Assembly: GCF_964213995.1 (NCBI RefSeq)
Contig: NW_027590156.1
Coordinates: 62,001 to 126,000, forward strand
Source: Mustelus asterias
Taxonomy: Eukaryota
DNA: 64,000 nt
Direction: 5' to 3'
Part shown: in pieces, positions 37,316-50,859 of the stretch
Numbering within the stretch: the first letter of the stretch is position 1
How the letters are laid out: each line of letters opens with the position of its first letter
The notes under the pieces: generated by a model
The model's input: the letters and a program-made list of their open reading frames with translations, nothing else
Databases searched by the model: none
What the model was told of the DNA's origin: nothing
Made by a program: the position numbers and the translations under genes

Positions 37316-37757
37316 GAAATAGTGTTCCCTTCCATTTTGAAGTAATATAGTAAGCGAGGTGGTCTTGATGTCAGCTTTTTCCTGAGACAGCTGGTAAGAT
37401 TTGGAGAGACAGTCGGTGTCGGACTGTTTCACAGGTCACAGCATAGGGGTAAAATATTGGGAAGTGCATCCACCCTACTTATAAACTAACTGCCAGTACT
37501 TGGTTCCTGAGTTCAGGAATGGTATATTTGTTGGGGAATACTGCAATGTTGATTCATGAGAATGATACCGCTGCTAAAATACTTGAACAAAAAGAGAATA
37601 ATTTCACAGAGCAGGCTGGTTTTCCATCCTCCATAGAGGTTGAAAGGTGATAGTTAGAGGTTGATATATCGAAGGCAACTTCGTCTCCTTCAGGCTGAAC
37701 ACTGCTGTCCTGCTTCTGAAGAGGGAACTAGGGTTGATTTTCATTTTTCATTCACAG

Positions 37758-38066
37758 ATCCTCCCCAGTGCCCTGATACCACAGTGACGATACAGCCACC
37801 ACCAATAGAACAGGTCTTACTGGAGGCGACCGTGACCTTAACCTGCATCATTTCTAATGCTCCTTATGGAGTCAACGTGTCCTGGATCCGAGACAGGAAG
37901 TATTTGAAATCAGAGATTGCCGAAAAGCCTGGAGCGGATCCTGACAGCGTGGTCAGCAACTTAAACATCTCGACACAAGCCTGGCTGAGTGCGGCTGTGT
38001 TTGACTGCGTGGTGAGCCATCAGGATCTGCCGACTCCTTTAAGAAAATCCATCCACAAGGAAACAG
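37758..38066 (+). CDS. IGHM: IgM constant exon Cmu3
   Basis: [35 protein letters not shown]; ttcacag / g|gtgagc. Confidence 0.96.
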
Positions 38067-38568
38067 GTGAGCTGAGAGATTGAAGCAATAAATGCGTCAC
38101 TGTGTCTATTTCCAGTGTCAGTGTACTGGTCAATATTCAGTATTCAGTGCATTAATGGTCTCCCCTGAGTGGAAACTCCACTAACTAAAAACTGGGGGTT
38201 GTAGATATTTTAACAGGGAAATTTGATGTGTTGATGAATGAAAAGTGAACTGAAGGCGATGTTATTGGGTTTAGATTGAATAACGAGGGAGGAGCCTGAT
38301 GTGGAGCATAAAAACCAGAAAACCAAAATTAAAGCCGATCAGTTGGGCCGAATAGCCTGATTCAGTGCTGTAAAATTTCTGAAACTTCCCAGTCCAGCCC
38401 CCTGAGTTATTTGAGAAAATAATTGTGTTCACCTCTGCTCCAAACTGGAAGTCAAAAATGGAAACATTTAAAATCGAAAGCGAAGCACATTTTTCTGATA
38501 TCTCGCCAGTGGTTACATTCTCTCCGGAATTCTCCAGTTTATTGACATTTATTGTACATTTTCTGCAG

Positions 38569-38960
38569 ATCCAAATCCGCGGGAACCGTTCGTCTCTGTC
38601 CTCCTGCCCTCGGCAGAAGAAGTCTCCGCTCAGAGATTCGTCTCCCTCAGCTGCTTAGTGAGACGTTTCTCCCCTCGAGAGATCTTCGTCAAGTGGACCG
38701 TCAACGACAAGCCGGTGAATCCTGGGAACTATAAGAACACCGAGGTGGTCGCGGAGAGCGGGAATAGCTCCTTCTTCATGTACAGCCTGTTATCCATTGC
38801 AGCAGAGGAATGGTCCAGCGGTGCTTCTTACTCCTGTGTGGTGGGACATGAAGCCATCCCCTTGAAGATCATCAACAGAACAGTTGACAAATCCAGCGGT
38901 AAACCCAGTTTTGTGAACATTTCCCTTGCACTGATGGACACCGTTAATTCATGTCAATGA
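38569..38960 (+). CDS. IGHM: IgM Cmu4 plus secretory tailpiece (internal donor after 38898 for the membrane form)
   Basis: [32 protein letters not shown]|[20 protein letters not shown]; penultimate Cys and NIS glycan site. Confidence 0.97.
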
Positions 38961-38987
38961 GAATCACTCGGTTACATTAAAAACTTC

Positions 38988-39002
38988 AATAAAAATAATA
39001 AA
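38988..39002 (+). terminator. Secretory mu polyadenylation signals
   Basis: AATAAA at 38988 and 38997, just after the stop. Confidence 0.8.
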
Positions 39003-40039
39003 ATCATTTTCCTCTAACGACAAATGAAATATCCAAACGCTTAATTGATTGGTTTTCAATTTTACTTCCACTATGTATCTTTGATTTGAGTCAGGTATTT
39101 TCATGTCTCGGGCCCAAGCCTTGTTGAACCAGTGCACCCAGCTCAGATACACCCTGTGTTAGAGACAGAGTAGAGCACATTCATTACAGGATTCTGCAAA
39201 ATATCTTCACCGACTTTCCTCCCTGAGGAAAACTCCGACAATTTCAACATTTCTGACAAACACAATTTAGATCTCGGTGTTCCTGCTTCTCTCGTTGTCC
39301 ATGCCTTTACCATTGATGTCAGCTTTAAGCTGCTGCACCACACCCACTGGGAACTGAAGTGAGGGTCACACAGAAACATGGGGCAACAATCCCCCCATCA
39401 GAGAGAGGGGAGAGTGAAATTGTGAACATACCAGATTCCTACTCACCCAACAAAGAGAGGGGAGAGCAGTAGCTAACCCATGTACCACCACTTCCTTAAT
39501 GAAAAGAGGAGGAATGTCATTATTTAATCCACTCACCTCCACCTCGTCAGCGGTTAGAACCATCAGGCACCGGGTAGAGTGAGGGAAATTATGAGCTCAC
39601 TCCCTCCCTCTTCGCAAGTAACGTGTTTGGAAGGGACCAGCTCTCTACTCAAAGAACCCAGTTGCCAACAGTATAAATTAGCTTCTGGTTTATTTGCTGC
39701 AGAGTTTGAAGTATCATTATCTTAATCAATGTGATGCATATATACTTATGCAACATAATTTTAAAATGTTTCTGTACTCTTATTCCTGTTAATCATGTCC
39801 TGGCATTGATTTCCCATAATGCAAATTGAAACAAATGATTGAATCTTCCCCGGTTTTTACTGTTCTGTCCCTGATGTTTCTGAGATGCATCAATGAATGA
39901 TTTCATTCTTTCTCCTGATATCACCGTGCCACTCACATAAACTACATTCATACAGCAAAATATTGAAAATATGCTCCATTATTCGTATTGTTTGGATCAT
40001 TTTTAGTTAATGATTGCGGTGAAACTTGGAGCAACAGCT

Positions 40040-41140
40040 AAAAAATACACACACTGACAATACTCCACAAAACTGTCACAATTATAAATACACACATAAG
40101 CGCACACACACACACTCACACTCACACACATACACACACATCGACACAAATGCACAACTGCACACACAAATGCACATACTCACACATATGCACACAAATA
40201 CAGAAAGACACATGTAAATATACACACACAAACGCATGCACATACCCCCACACACATCCATATACAGAAATAGGGATAGGCACATTCAAATACAGACACA
40301 GAAACACACAAATACACAACAGATACACTTTCACACACCATAGGTACACTCAATACTTGCACAGACGAACACACATGCAGAGAAACAAGAATGCACACAC
40401 AAATGCACTCATGGGCAACACATGCACAAACAGAAATACACACTTACACAAATACACCCACACAAAAATACACCCATACACAAACACATCCGTACACAAA
40501 TATACATAGGGACACACCCATTCTCTCTCTCTCTCTCTCTCACACACACATACACACGCACACATACACACACACACACATACGAACACATAGACACGCG
40601 CTCTTGTACAAACAGACACTAAAACAACAACACACACACACATAATCAAATATGTACAAACGCACACATGTACACATGAAACACACAAGTACATACACAT
40701 ACACATACGTGAGTAGGTACAGACCCAAACACAAACACATACATGCATAGACACAATAGACAGATACACACGCATGCAGACCCACATAAATACACAAGCA
40801 CATACTTAGACTCAAATAAATACATATATTAGCACACGTTCACGCTGATAGGAATATAGATATAAAGACACACAATGTTATACACATTCACAAACATATA
40901 TGGAAATACATATAAACAAATCACCAGACTGCATACAGAAGAACGGACAGCAAAACATTTACACACAAACATGTAGACGCAAACATTAACATGCTCACAG
41001 AACAGAACACCATAGCACACATTACTACACATCGAAACACAAATATACATCAACGCACCGTTATAAAGAATTTCAACACGTGTATACATACACTGACATG
41101 TCAACAGGCGTGCACACAGACACATGGAGAAACAGACGCA
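40040..41140. repeat. Degenerate (CA)n tract in the Cmu4-TM1 intron
   Basis: Low complexity. Confidence 0.9.
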
Positions 41141-42153
41141 CACAGAAAGGGAAACAGTAAGTAGTCACCTGATGAAGGGGCAATGCTCCGAAAGCTCGTG
41201 CAACCAAATAAATCTGTTGGACTTTAACCTGGTGCTGTGAGAGTACTTACTGTGCCGACCCCAGTCCAACGCCGGCAACTCCACAGAAAGGGAAACAAAC
41301 ATTATTAAAGTGACAGAAATTAACACATAGCAATAGGCATAAACACATGTGCACGCATTAATAGTGGCATTAATATATATTCATAGACTTCACACAATAA
41401 TAGTCATATATACACAATGACAAAAGAATAAAATATGCGCACAGATGCAGACACACAACTACACAATCAACAATCACTGGCAAATGTAGGCGCACATTAA
41501 CACTCATAATCACATATTAACTCAGAGCCAAAGATTAATGCAGAGCACGAGATGCTCATGCACACGCACACAAATGCAAAATCTTCAATACAAACGGTAG
41601 GCAAATGATGAAAGTAAAATTTAAACGTGACTTTTTAATGGAGATATCCACAGATTTATTATCCCAATGTCCAATGAACAGATAAACACGTTGAGAAACT
41701 GAATTAAGCTCACGATCTACTAAACATTTCCACCATAAAGAAGCACAGATCGGAAATTACATCCCAACTCTTAAACAACAACATTCACAGTTTACAGATC
41801 AGTAACCATCTGTGAAAATAATCATTGATTAGTGAACGTTCCTCGATATCAGTGATAATATTCTTCAATAAGGGATAGTTCCGAATTGTCAAAAAATCAA
41901 CTGATTTTCAATTAAACATCTTCAGTGCTTTCTGACATGGACTGTCCAAGGAATGTCAATAAAGATCAGGTGTGAAAATAGTTACGGAGATCGGTTACTG
42001 AGTGTCCTGAGCTTAAGAGGAGGTATACATTGAAAATTAAGTTCAAGAATAAATGATCAGTTTAAAAAGGAGAACTGGGAAAAGAAAAATAACAATAACA
42101 TTAGCTGGATAAATAAAGTAATCTAATTTCATATCCTGGTCTCCATCCCCTAG

Positions 42154-42281
42154 ACTCAACCGACCGCATCTGGATTGAAGACAATGAGGATGATAACAGT
42201 AACATCTGGACAACGGCTTCCACATTCATTGTCCTGTTCTTCCTGAGCATTTTCTACAGCACTGCGGTCACTCTGGTGAAG
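42154..42281 (+). CDS. IGHM: IgM transmembrane exon TM1
   Basis: [43 protein letters not shown] (CART motif); ccctag / aag|gtgaga. Confidence 0.96.
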
Positions 42282-42417
42282 GTGAGATGATTGAATGCAC
42301 TCACATATCAAACTGACAGAATGGATTTGAAAAATCTCTCAATGTTCCATTAAAAACTCTAACTTTAATGTCCTGCATCATAAACATCTGCTTCATTATT
42401 GTATCTTTCTTTTACAG

Positions 42418-42426
42418 ATCAAGTGA
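42418..42426 (+). CDS. IGHM: IgM TM2 exon (IK-stop)
   Basis: ctttcttttacag|atc aag tga. Confidence 0.88.
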   Translation: MK

Positions 42427-42873
42427 TGGGTTGAATTTTGGATGCTGCAGATTTCCCTCAGCTGATTATTATGATCTCCGTATGACACAAATACAATATC
42501 TGCCCTTGGTGACTCTATCAGTAAAATTCTCTCAGTTTATCATTCTGAATCTGTAACTGAGACAATCATAGACGGTATTTTTTTCAGAGTGAAAAGTACG
42601 AGGCATTTTTTGTTATAATGTAATTGTGGTTAACAATTTCCCCATAGTTTAAATATCATGTATAAATAAGAAACTTTTCTCATTCCTTATCCATATTTGT
42701 TAATTCCTCTTTCTATTAAGGTCCTGTTTTCTCTTTCTGGTGTATGTAACAGATGTACAAATATTGACGGATTCCCTGTGCATGTGTTGTGTTCTCAATG
42801 TGAAGCTCGATCGTTAAATTCACTTTTCTAACTTTAAAAAATAATGTCGCTGTAAAATATTCTGACTTTTTAA

Positions 42874-42879
42874 AATAAA
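42874..42879 (+). terminator. Candidate membrane mu polyadenylation signal
   Basis: AATAAA about 450 nt after the TM2 stop. Confidence 0.55.
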
Positions 42880-43051
42880 TATTGAATGAAAATTTAACCA
42901 TCTCTGGCTTGGCTTAATTCCGTTTTCCAAAGCCCATCAACTCCGCCCCATATTCCATATTATACGGTTTCCCCTCTTTCCCAGACATGTCTGTTCCCCC
43001 AGTCCTGTGTGGGATGTGTTTGAACTCAAGGCCGTTCAGTGAAAGAGTCAC

Positions 43052-43068
43052 TGCGCCACCCAGTGGCC
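43052..43068 (-). promoter_or_regulatory. CTCF-like motif
   Basis: tgcgccacccagtggcc (rc GGCCACTGGGTGGCGCA). Confidence 0.5.
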
Positions 43069-43779
43069 CATCCGTATAAAGACACCTTCATCTCTGCCTT
43101 TTTATGATAAAATCCAGAGACAGAACGAGTGAAGAATGAGGAGAACCTCGGTGATTTCACTCATAAACTGGTCTGTCACTGACCGAGTTTCAGTTAATTC
43201 TAAAAAGCAAAGGCTCTGTTTCATCAGAGGCCGATGCAGGACAGTGTGTGGCAGAAGATAGTTTCCTTTACACTGCCCCTTAAAAAAACTATCAGTGTCG
43301 CTGCAGCGTGTGAATCTCTCTATATTTCGTCCGATGAAATACTTACAAGGCAGACATGCCACAAGCTAGATAGAGAACACATACAGAGCAGAGGTGCAAA
43401 CCATGAGGTGAAACCAAGAGACTGAGGTGCATTTCACATAAGCACATAATAGATTACAAATTTCCAAATTAAGGCGAGTGCTATGGGATCATTTGACTAC
43501 AGACAATATAAAACAATATAATTTAATTACAGACAATATAAAACTCACGTGGCAGATATCTCTGTGTAAGGACGGAACATTTATTTAAAACAAAAAACAG
43601 AACAACAGACTTTAACCTGGTGTTGTTAAACTTCTTACTGTGTTTACCCCAGTCCAACGCCGGCATCTCCACATCATGACTACCATCGATCAGAAGGGTA
43701 AACAGCAGCACAGTCTCTGCCCAAAGGCTTCCCCAGTTCTGCTGCACAGACTGGGAACCTCTTCAAATATAAATGTTTT

Positions 43780-44190
43780 TGATTTGATTTATTATTGTCA
43801 CATGTATTAGTATACAATGAAAAGTATTGTTTCTTGCACGCTATACAGACAAAGCATGTCATTCATAGAGAAGGAAATGAGAGAGTGTAGAATGTAGGGT
43901 TAGTCATAGCTAGGGTGTAGACAAAGATCAACTTAATGCAAGGTAAGTTCATTCAAAAGTCTGACAGCAGCAGAGAAGAAGCTGTTTTTGAGTCAGTTGG
44001 TATGTGACCTCAGACTTTTGTATCCTTTTCCCGACGGAAGAAGGTGGAAGAGAGAATGTCTGGGGTGCGTGGAGTCCTTAATTATGCTGGCTGCTTTGCC
44101 AAGGCAGCGGGAAGTGTAGACAGAGTCAATGGTTTGAGTGATGGATTGGGCTACATTCACAAACTTTTGTAGTTTCTTGCGGTCTTCAGC
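43780..44190 (-). mobile_element. Rex1/Babar-like LINE 3' end
   Basis: 'KAASIIKDSTHPRHSLFHLLPSGKGYKSLRSHTN'. Confidence 0.85.
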
Positions 44191-44906
44191 TTCTCGCATT
44201 CACCGCCATTCATTCATCCCTCCCTCTATCCATCCCTCCCGACAATAAGAACCATTCACTCTGCACAGCACTTTCAGCCTCATTCCCCCAGTCATTATTC
44301 CAGCCTTTATCACATCCACCCTGCTTTCAGACACTTTATACCATTAGATATTACAATTCAAATTTTATAATCTCTCCAATTTAATATTCAGGGAGATAGA
44401 CAGCAGACAAATCATCAATTCCACTCCCACACGGAGCTATGGGATAAATTTATACATTTTCTAATTTCACACTAAAACCCACACACCGAGCCTCAGATTT
44501 GCTTCTGTTATTATTTTAGTGCCCAGCAAATTATTTGGACTGAAATTGACATCAACCTTTCGTGGTCTCAATCTGTCTCTGTGTTTGTGAGAGTGGGTGT
44601 GATAGTGTGTGTGTATATTTGTGTAAGTCAGAGTGTTTTTTTGTCCACATGTCTGTGTGTGTGAGTTTGTCTGTGTCTCTCTGAGAGTGTATATCTGTGA
44701 ATGTGTTTGTGTATCTGTGAGTTCGCCTATAGCTGTTTCTGAGATTGGTTTCAATTCTCTAAATAGGTTCGACTGCGTTAATATAAAAATAATAGGAACA
44801 ATAAAAATACAGCAGCACAATCCTCCAACGTTTCTAAGTTTGAATAAGATCCTTCAGTAGTCTGAGGATTCAGTGATCTCCCAGGCAGAGGCCATTTACC
44901 ACCCAT

Positions 44907-44923
44907 CGCCACTAGAGGGAGCT
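44907..44923 (+). promoter_or_regulatory. CTCF-like motif
   Basis: cgCCACTAGAGGGAGCt. Confidence 0.55.
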
Positions 44924-45419
44924 CCCTCACTGTGTCTGTGTGTTCACTGCAGCAGGAGGTGGGCGGAATGAAGGAATCTTGTGTTACTGTCAATCTTTTC
45001 ATGTTTAAAAGATGTTTTTGTTAAAAGCTAATGGGCCATCCTGTGACTCTGTTCATCCACATTTCTAAAACAAAAAGGTAAATGTTATGGTCAATTGAGC
45101 CAGCGTCTTATTCTGGAACCTTCCTGTCCAGTAGTAACACCAGCTGGGATTGTGACGCTCTCCATCTCCTCTTAGCAGCTCATCCTGTCCAGGAAACCCA
45201 CCTTCTGTTTTCCCAATTCCCACTAAACTGCTTTTAGATTTGAGTGAGTTTGTATAAAATAGATAAAGGTGGAGATTCAAGATATGTAACAAGTGAATAA
45301 GGCACAAGATTCCACAGATACTGAATAAAAATAAACTTTCCTATACAAGGTCAGAAAGGTAAAACAATTTACAATATGTGGAAGGTAAAACGTTCAAGGA
45401 CTTCAGAGAGGAAAGGGAG

Positions 45420-45815
45420 ATAGAGTCATAGAGGTTTACAGCATGGAAACAGGCCCTTCGGCCCAACTTGTCCATGCCGCCCTTATTTTTTTTAAAACTC
45501 CTAAGCTAATCCCAATTGCCCGCATTTGGCCCATATCCCTCTATACCCATCGTACCCATATAACTATTTAAATGCTTTTTAAAAGATAAAATTGTACCCG
45601 CCTCTACTACTACCTCTGGCAGCTTGTTCCAGTCACTCACCACCCTCTGCGAAATAATTGCTCCTCTGGACACTTTTGTATCTCTCCCCTCCCACCTTAA
45701 ACCTATGCCCTCTAGTTTTAGACTCCCCTACCTGTGGGAAAAGATATTGACTATCTACCTTGTATATGCCCCTCATTATTTTTTTGACCTCTATAAGGTC
45801 ACCCCTCAGCCTCAC
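45420..45815 (-). mobile_element. CR1 3' fragment truncating the zinc-finger gene
   Basis: '[18 protein letters not shown]'. Confidence 0.85.
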
Positions 45816-46587
45816 TATGAACACATGGATGGGACATTTTGAAGCATTTCCCACAGTCTGAGCATTTAAAAGGTTTTTTATCACTGTGAACTCGCTGATG
45901 TATCAGCAAATGGGATGATTGAATGAATCCCTTCCCACGCACACAGCACGTAAGTGGCCTCTCCCCCGTGTGAATGCGTTCGTGTGTCAACAGTTCAGAT
46001 GACTGTCTGAATCCCTTCCCACATTTGGAGCAGTTGAATGGCCTCTCCCCAGTGTGAGTACGTTGATGTCTCAGCAGGTGGGATGACCGAGTGAATCCCT
46101 TCCCACACTCAGAGCAGGTGAACGGCCTCTCCCCGGTGTGAATTCGCTGATGTGCAGTACGGCTATACGATTGCCTGAACCCAGTCCCACAGTGACAGCA
46201 TCTGTATGGTCTCTCGTCAGTGTGAACATGTTGATGGGACATCAATTCCCAGGAACTTTTATAACATTTCCCACAGTCTGAGCATTTAAAAGGTCTCTCC
46301 CCGGTGTGAAGTCGTTGATGAGTAAGTAGGTGGGATGACAGAGTGAATCCCTTCCCACACTCAGAGCAGGTGAACGGCCTCTCCCCAGTGTGACTGCGCT
46401 GATGAGTTTCCAGCTGGGATGGGTAATTAAATTCCTTCCCACAGTCCACACATTTCCACAGTTTCTCTATGGAGTGACTGCACTTATGTTTTGACAGGCC
46501 AGTTGATCGGCTGAAACCTCGTCCACACACAGAACACGTGTATGGTGTCTCTCCACTGTGAACGGTGCTTTTTCCTTCCATGATCAA
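45799..46587 (-). CDS. C2H2 zinc-finger protein (7 intact fingers, 8th with C>R, 9th cut by CR1)
   Basis: Tandem CxxC..HxxxH with TGERPF linkers; may be a pseudogene. Confidence 0.8.
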   Translation of the reverse strand: MIMEGKSTVHSGETPYTCSVCGRGFSRSTGLSKHKCSHSIEKLWKCVDCGKEFNYPSQLETHQRSHTGERPFTCSECGKGFTLSSHLLTHQRLHTGERPFKCSDCGKCYKSSWELMSHQHVHTDERPYRCCHCGTGFRQSYSRTAHQRIHTGERPFTCSECGKGFTRSSHLLRHQRTHTGERPFNCSKCGKGFRQSSELLTHERIHTGERPLTCCVRGKGFIQSSHLLIHQRVHSDKKPFKCSDCGKCFKMSHPCVHSEAEG

Positions 46588-47120
46588 AATCCACTGATAT
46601 TCAGGTTATGATAAATTGGGTGACTCCGTCAGCTCCTGATATGATGTTTGTTTTCAGTTCCCGGACTGCAAATTGTCCCACTCCAGTCCCTGTGAAATTG
46701 ATTTGAAACAGGCAAAAGGGAGTGAGAGAGAACCCACACAAACACAAAGGCAGGTTGTGAAATTGAGCTGAATGAATCTGGTAATTTGTGGGGCCGGCAC
46801 TGGGGAAAAGAGACCAAGAAAACTGATCGATTGTCATAAAAACCCAACTGGTTCACTAATGTCCTTCAGGGAAGGAATCTGCCCATCCAGTCTGGGTCTA
46901 CACATGTCTCTGGCTTCTATGAGAGCTGAGGGAGAGAGAGTGCGTGGGGTAAAGGAAAAAGTGACCACGAAAACTGGATTGTCTTAAAAATCTGACTGGT
47001 TCACTAATGTCTTTCAAAGAAGGGAACCTGATCTGTGTCAATACAAGAAACTGGCTTCTATAGGACAAGGACAGAGAAGTGGGAGAAGTTGGGTGAAGGA
47101 GGCAGATTTTAGATATTTAC

Positions 47121-48305
47121 AAGACTGATTTTACCATTTCGTCGTGCCCGAAAACGGGCACGGAAACTTGATAAAGTCGGACGTGAGGCCATTAACATGA
47201 TCCGCGCTCGCGTCCACGCAGATGCCCACTTTACCAAGGCCCAAAAATGGCTGCGATCTGAATTGCGCCCAAAACGGGCACAACGGCGATTTAAATGCAT
47301 TTGCATGCATTTAAATTGAATTAATGTGCTGCGCCCCAACTTTACCAGCATTTCCCCCTTTACCATCACGTTTGCATGTCCAGATTTGGCGCGAAACAGA
47401 CGTGCTCAGCAAAGGTCTGTTTCGGGCGCTCCAGCTTCTGAAGAGGTAAATTCAGAGCTTCCAATGGCTCTCTGACTCAGATCGATGGCGGGGTGGGGGA
47501 AGGAAGGCGGGCCAGATCATTCTCTGGGAAGGGGGTTGGGGGGGGGGACGAGAGGGAGGCCAGATCATTCTCTGGTGGGGAGGGACAGATCGTTGTCTGG
47601 AGGGGGGGCGGGGGGAGATGGGGGTGAAGGTGGGTGGGGGGAAGGGAGGCCAGATCATTCTCTGGTAGTGGTGGTGGTGGTGGAGGGGAGGGGGAGGGGT
47701 GGGGGGGGCGGGGGGGAGGAAAGGAGGTCAGATTGTTGTCTGGTGGGGAAGGGGGGTGTGGAGAGGGAGGCCCGATCGTTGTCTTGAGAGATATGGGGGG
47801 GGAGGGGGGGGGGTGGAGGGAGGAGGGAGGCCCGATCATTCTCTGGGGTGGAGGGAGGCCCAATCACTCTCTGGTGGGGTGGGGGGGGGGGGGACCGCTG
47901 TCACTCTGCAGGCGATCGGTGGGGGTGGAAGGGAGGCAGAGGGTCACGATCAGTCTGGGTAGTGGGGGGGGCTGGGTGGATAAGGGGGACAGTTATGTTG
48001 TGGGAGTGGGGCGATGTCTGTGGAGGCCATCGCTTCCAGGCTGCTTTATCCGCTTTTTGCAGCCCAGGAGGGATGTGACAGAGGCGTGTTTTTCAATTTT
48101 TTTTTCTCACTGCGCATGCGCAGTTCAAAGCTCCGATTGGAGCTGCAGCGAATCTGGCGCGATAAGCCCCGCCCACAGTGCGATTCAGACTCGCGGGTTT
48201 TTTTCAGGCTGAGTGTGTAAGGGGGCCTCTGAGAACAGGTTGCCAAGTCGGATCTGAATTGCGCCCAGATTCAGCACTTAGAATGAAAATGGTAAAATCG
48301 GGCCC
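47121..48305. mobile_element. Probable non-autonomous DNA transposon (MITE-like) with internal G-rich minisatellite (47480-47960)
   Basis: Terminal inverted gattttaccattt / aaatggtaaaatc; internal palindrome atttaaatgcatttgcatgcatttaaat. Confidence 0.55.
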
Positions 48306-48929
48306 AGAGTCTCTCAAAGCCCTCACCCACCACCAATGAGAAGGACAGGGTAGCAGTTGATGAAACCCATTACCCCCAAGTTCCTCTCCAGCTCGTACAA
48401 CATTCTGATTTGTCTGAAATCCAGTATTCGGTGATCAGAAATTTCCTCCACTTAAATATTGGAAAGCCTGAAGCCAGAAGATGAGTTTCTGACTTTATAT
48501 CTGCATCATCACTAATCTGCACCATCACTATTTCCACCTCAGTAACATCGCCTGACTTTATCCATGCCTTGGCTCATCTACTTCTGAAACTATATATAAA
48601 TTTGATTATTTTAACACACTCCAGGCTGGCTTTACAAGTTCTACCCTTCATAAAATAAACTAAAACTCTGCTGCTTCTGTCCTCTCTCTCACCAAGCCCG
48701 ACCCACCTATCGTCCCCTCTGCCCTCTGACCCACTCTGACTCCTGGTTCAGCAGCACCTCAATTTTAAAATGCTGATCATTGTTTTTAAATCTCTCCCTG
48801 GCTGCCTCTCTCCAATCCAACAACCAGTTCTGAGACTGACAAATATCCCCCATCCAACAGGACACACATATTGAGCAGCTGGAGACTGCAGCCTGGAACT
48901 CGGTATTGGGAGAAAGGGATGAATGAGGA

Positions 48930-49700
48930 GAGGCAACATTCGCGACTCCTCAGATACTGAGTCAGTCCATGTTCAAATACAACAAGATCTGGACAATATC
49001 CAGGCTTGGGCTGACAACTCACATTCACGCCACACAAATGCCAGGCAATGATCATCAGCAGTAAGATATAATCTAACCACTGCCCCTTGACAATCAATGT
49101 TGTTACCATCACTGAATCACCCACTGCCAACAGTGGCGACAAGAGCAGGTCAGAGGCTAGGAACACTGCAATGAGTAACTCACCTCCTGATTCCCCAAAG
49201 CCTTTCCACCATCTACAAGGCACAAGTCAGAAGTGTGATGGAATAGTCTCCATTTGCCTGGATAGGTGCAGTTCCAAAACTCATGAGGCTTGACACCATC
49301 CAGGACAAAGCAGCCTGCCAATCAGCCTGTTTGATTGGCACCACATCTACAAACACCCACTCCATCCATCACCGATGCTCAGTAGCAGCAGTGTGTACCA
49401 TCCACAAGATGAACGACAGCAATTCACCAAAGATCCTTAGACAGCACCTTCCAAACCCATGACCACTTCCATCTAGGACCAGGGCAGCAGATACATGGAA
49501 ACACCACCAGCTGCAAGCTCCCCTCCAAGTCATTAACCATCCTGACTTGGAAATATATCACCATTTTTTCACGGTCACTGAGTCAAAATGCTGGAATTTC
49601 CTCGCTAACAGCAGTGTGGATGCACCTACACCACATGGACTGCAGTGGGTTCAGGAAGGCAGCTCACCACCACCACCACCACCACCTGCAGGGCAACGAA
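48930..49700 (+). mobile_element. CR1/L2-type LINE 3' fragment
   Basis: Same family as 1-1370, opposite strand. Confidence 0.75.
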
Positions 49701-49719
49701 GGATGGACAGACAGCCAGC

Positions 49720-50490
49720 CACGCACCTGTCCCAGACGCCAAAGATAGCCGCGCCTGCGCTCTGCTGCCCCTACAAACATGGCAGCTGCGCCTGCGCCCT
49801 GCTACACATTGCCCCTTACAAAGATGGCGCCGCCACATGCACACCAATGCACGTTTTAAATCAATGAACAGTTAACCCAGGCCGAATACAACGAGTTGCG
49901 GGTCATTTTGGTACAAATGGGGGAACGGGGAATTTCTTTTCCGGGGTTTGGGTTTGAACAGCATGTTTACGAAGCCTCTCGACTCACCCACCTGATTAAT
50001 CGCTCTTTGCGCGCCGCTCTCGACCTCGTATTAATCTCGGATCCGAGTTAAAACCGTCCGTCCGCCGCCATTACCCGCATTGCGCATGCTTCAGATCCCG
50101 CCCCCTCATTCACTCTGATTAGTTGGACGACCAGCCGCTCCCGCTCGGTCCTCCAGCCCCGCCCCCTTTTACTATTGGTCCAAAGCTGCCGTCAATCAGT
50201 CCCTGGGCATTGTGACGTTGGGCATGCGCAGTGCGGCTCATGTCCAGGGACAGGCGCTTGTTTGTCTGATCTTCAGGCGGGAAGGAGGCGGATAAGCGGA
50301 GGCAGCGTTAGGGGCAGTGGGTGGGAGGGGAGGCTCCACACACCCAGTGGAGGCTTCAACACCCCCAATAAGGAACTAGCGGCACCGCCTCAACACCCAA
50401 CACAACGGCAGCTGCAGCGCTTTCTCCCGGGGCCAGGACCCAGTGGACAAATGTGGCTTCAGGAAGGAAATGCAGCAATGGGTTTGTGAA
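49720..50490. promoter_or_regulatory. CpG-island promoter between divergent zinc-finger genes
   Basis: CpG-rich; YY1-like aagatggcgcc, NRF1-like tgcgcatgc / gcatgcgca, GC box, inverted CCAAT. Confidence 0.65.
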
Positions 50491-50859
50491 TGAGAATCAT
50501 CTTTAACTCACTTTACTGACCCTGGAGCAGGAGGAGAGAATGGGGGGAATTTCTATCCTGCACTCACACTGATGGATTTGTTTTTTGTGGGTTCTCTCTC
50601 ATTCCCTTTTTCCTGTTTTAAATCAAGTTCACAGATTTTCAGAAGAGGAGGATTTGCAGCTGGGAAACTGAAACCTAATATCACATCAGAATCTGATGGA
50701 GCCAGCACCAATTTATGAGAACCTGAATGTCATAGTATTTTGAACATGGAAGAAAATTGCACTGTTCAGAGTTGAGAGACACTGTACGCATGTTCTGTGT
50801 GTCGACAAGACTTCAATCACTCATCGGGCCTTTTGGACTGTTATTGCAGTCACAAACGG

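Noticed and set aside
40026-41143. Cys/Val- and His/Thr-rich ORFs
   Set aside because: (CA)n/(TG)n low-complexity artefacts.
47452-48246. Pro- or Gly-rich ORFs
   Set aside because: G-rich minisatellite inside a repeat element.
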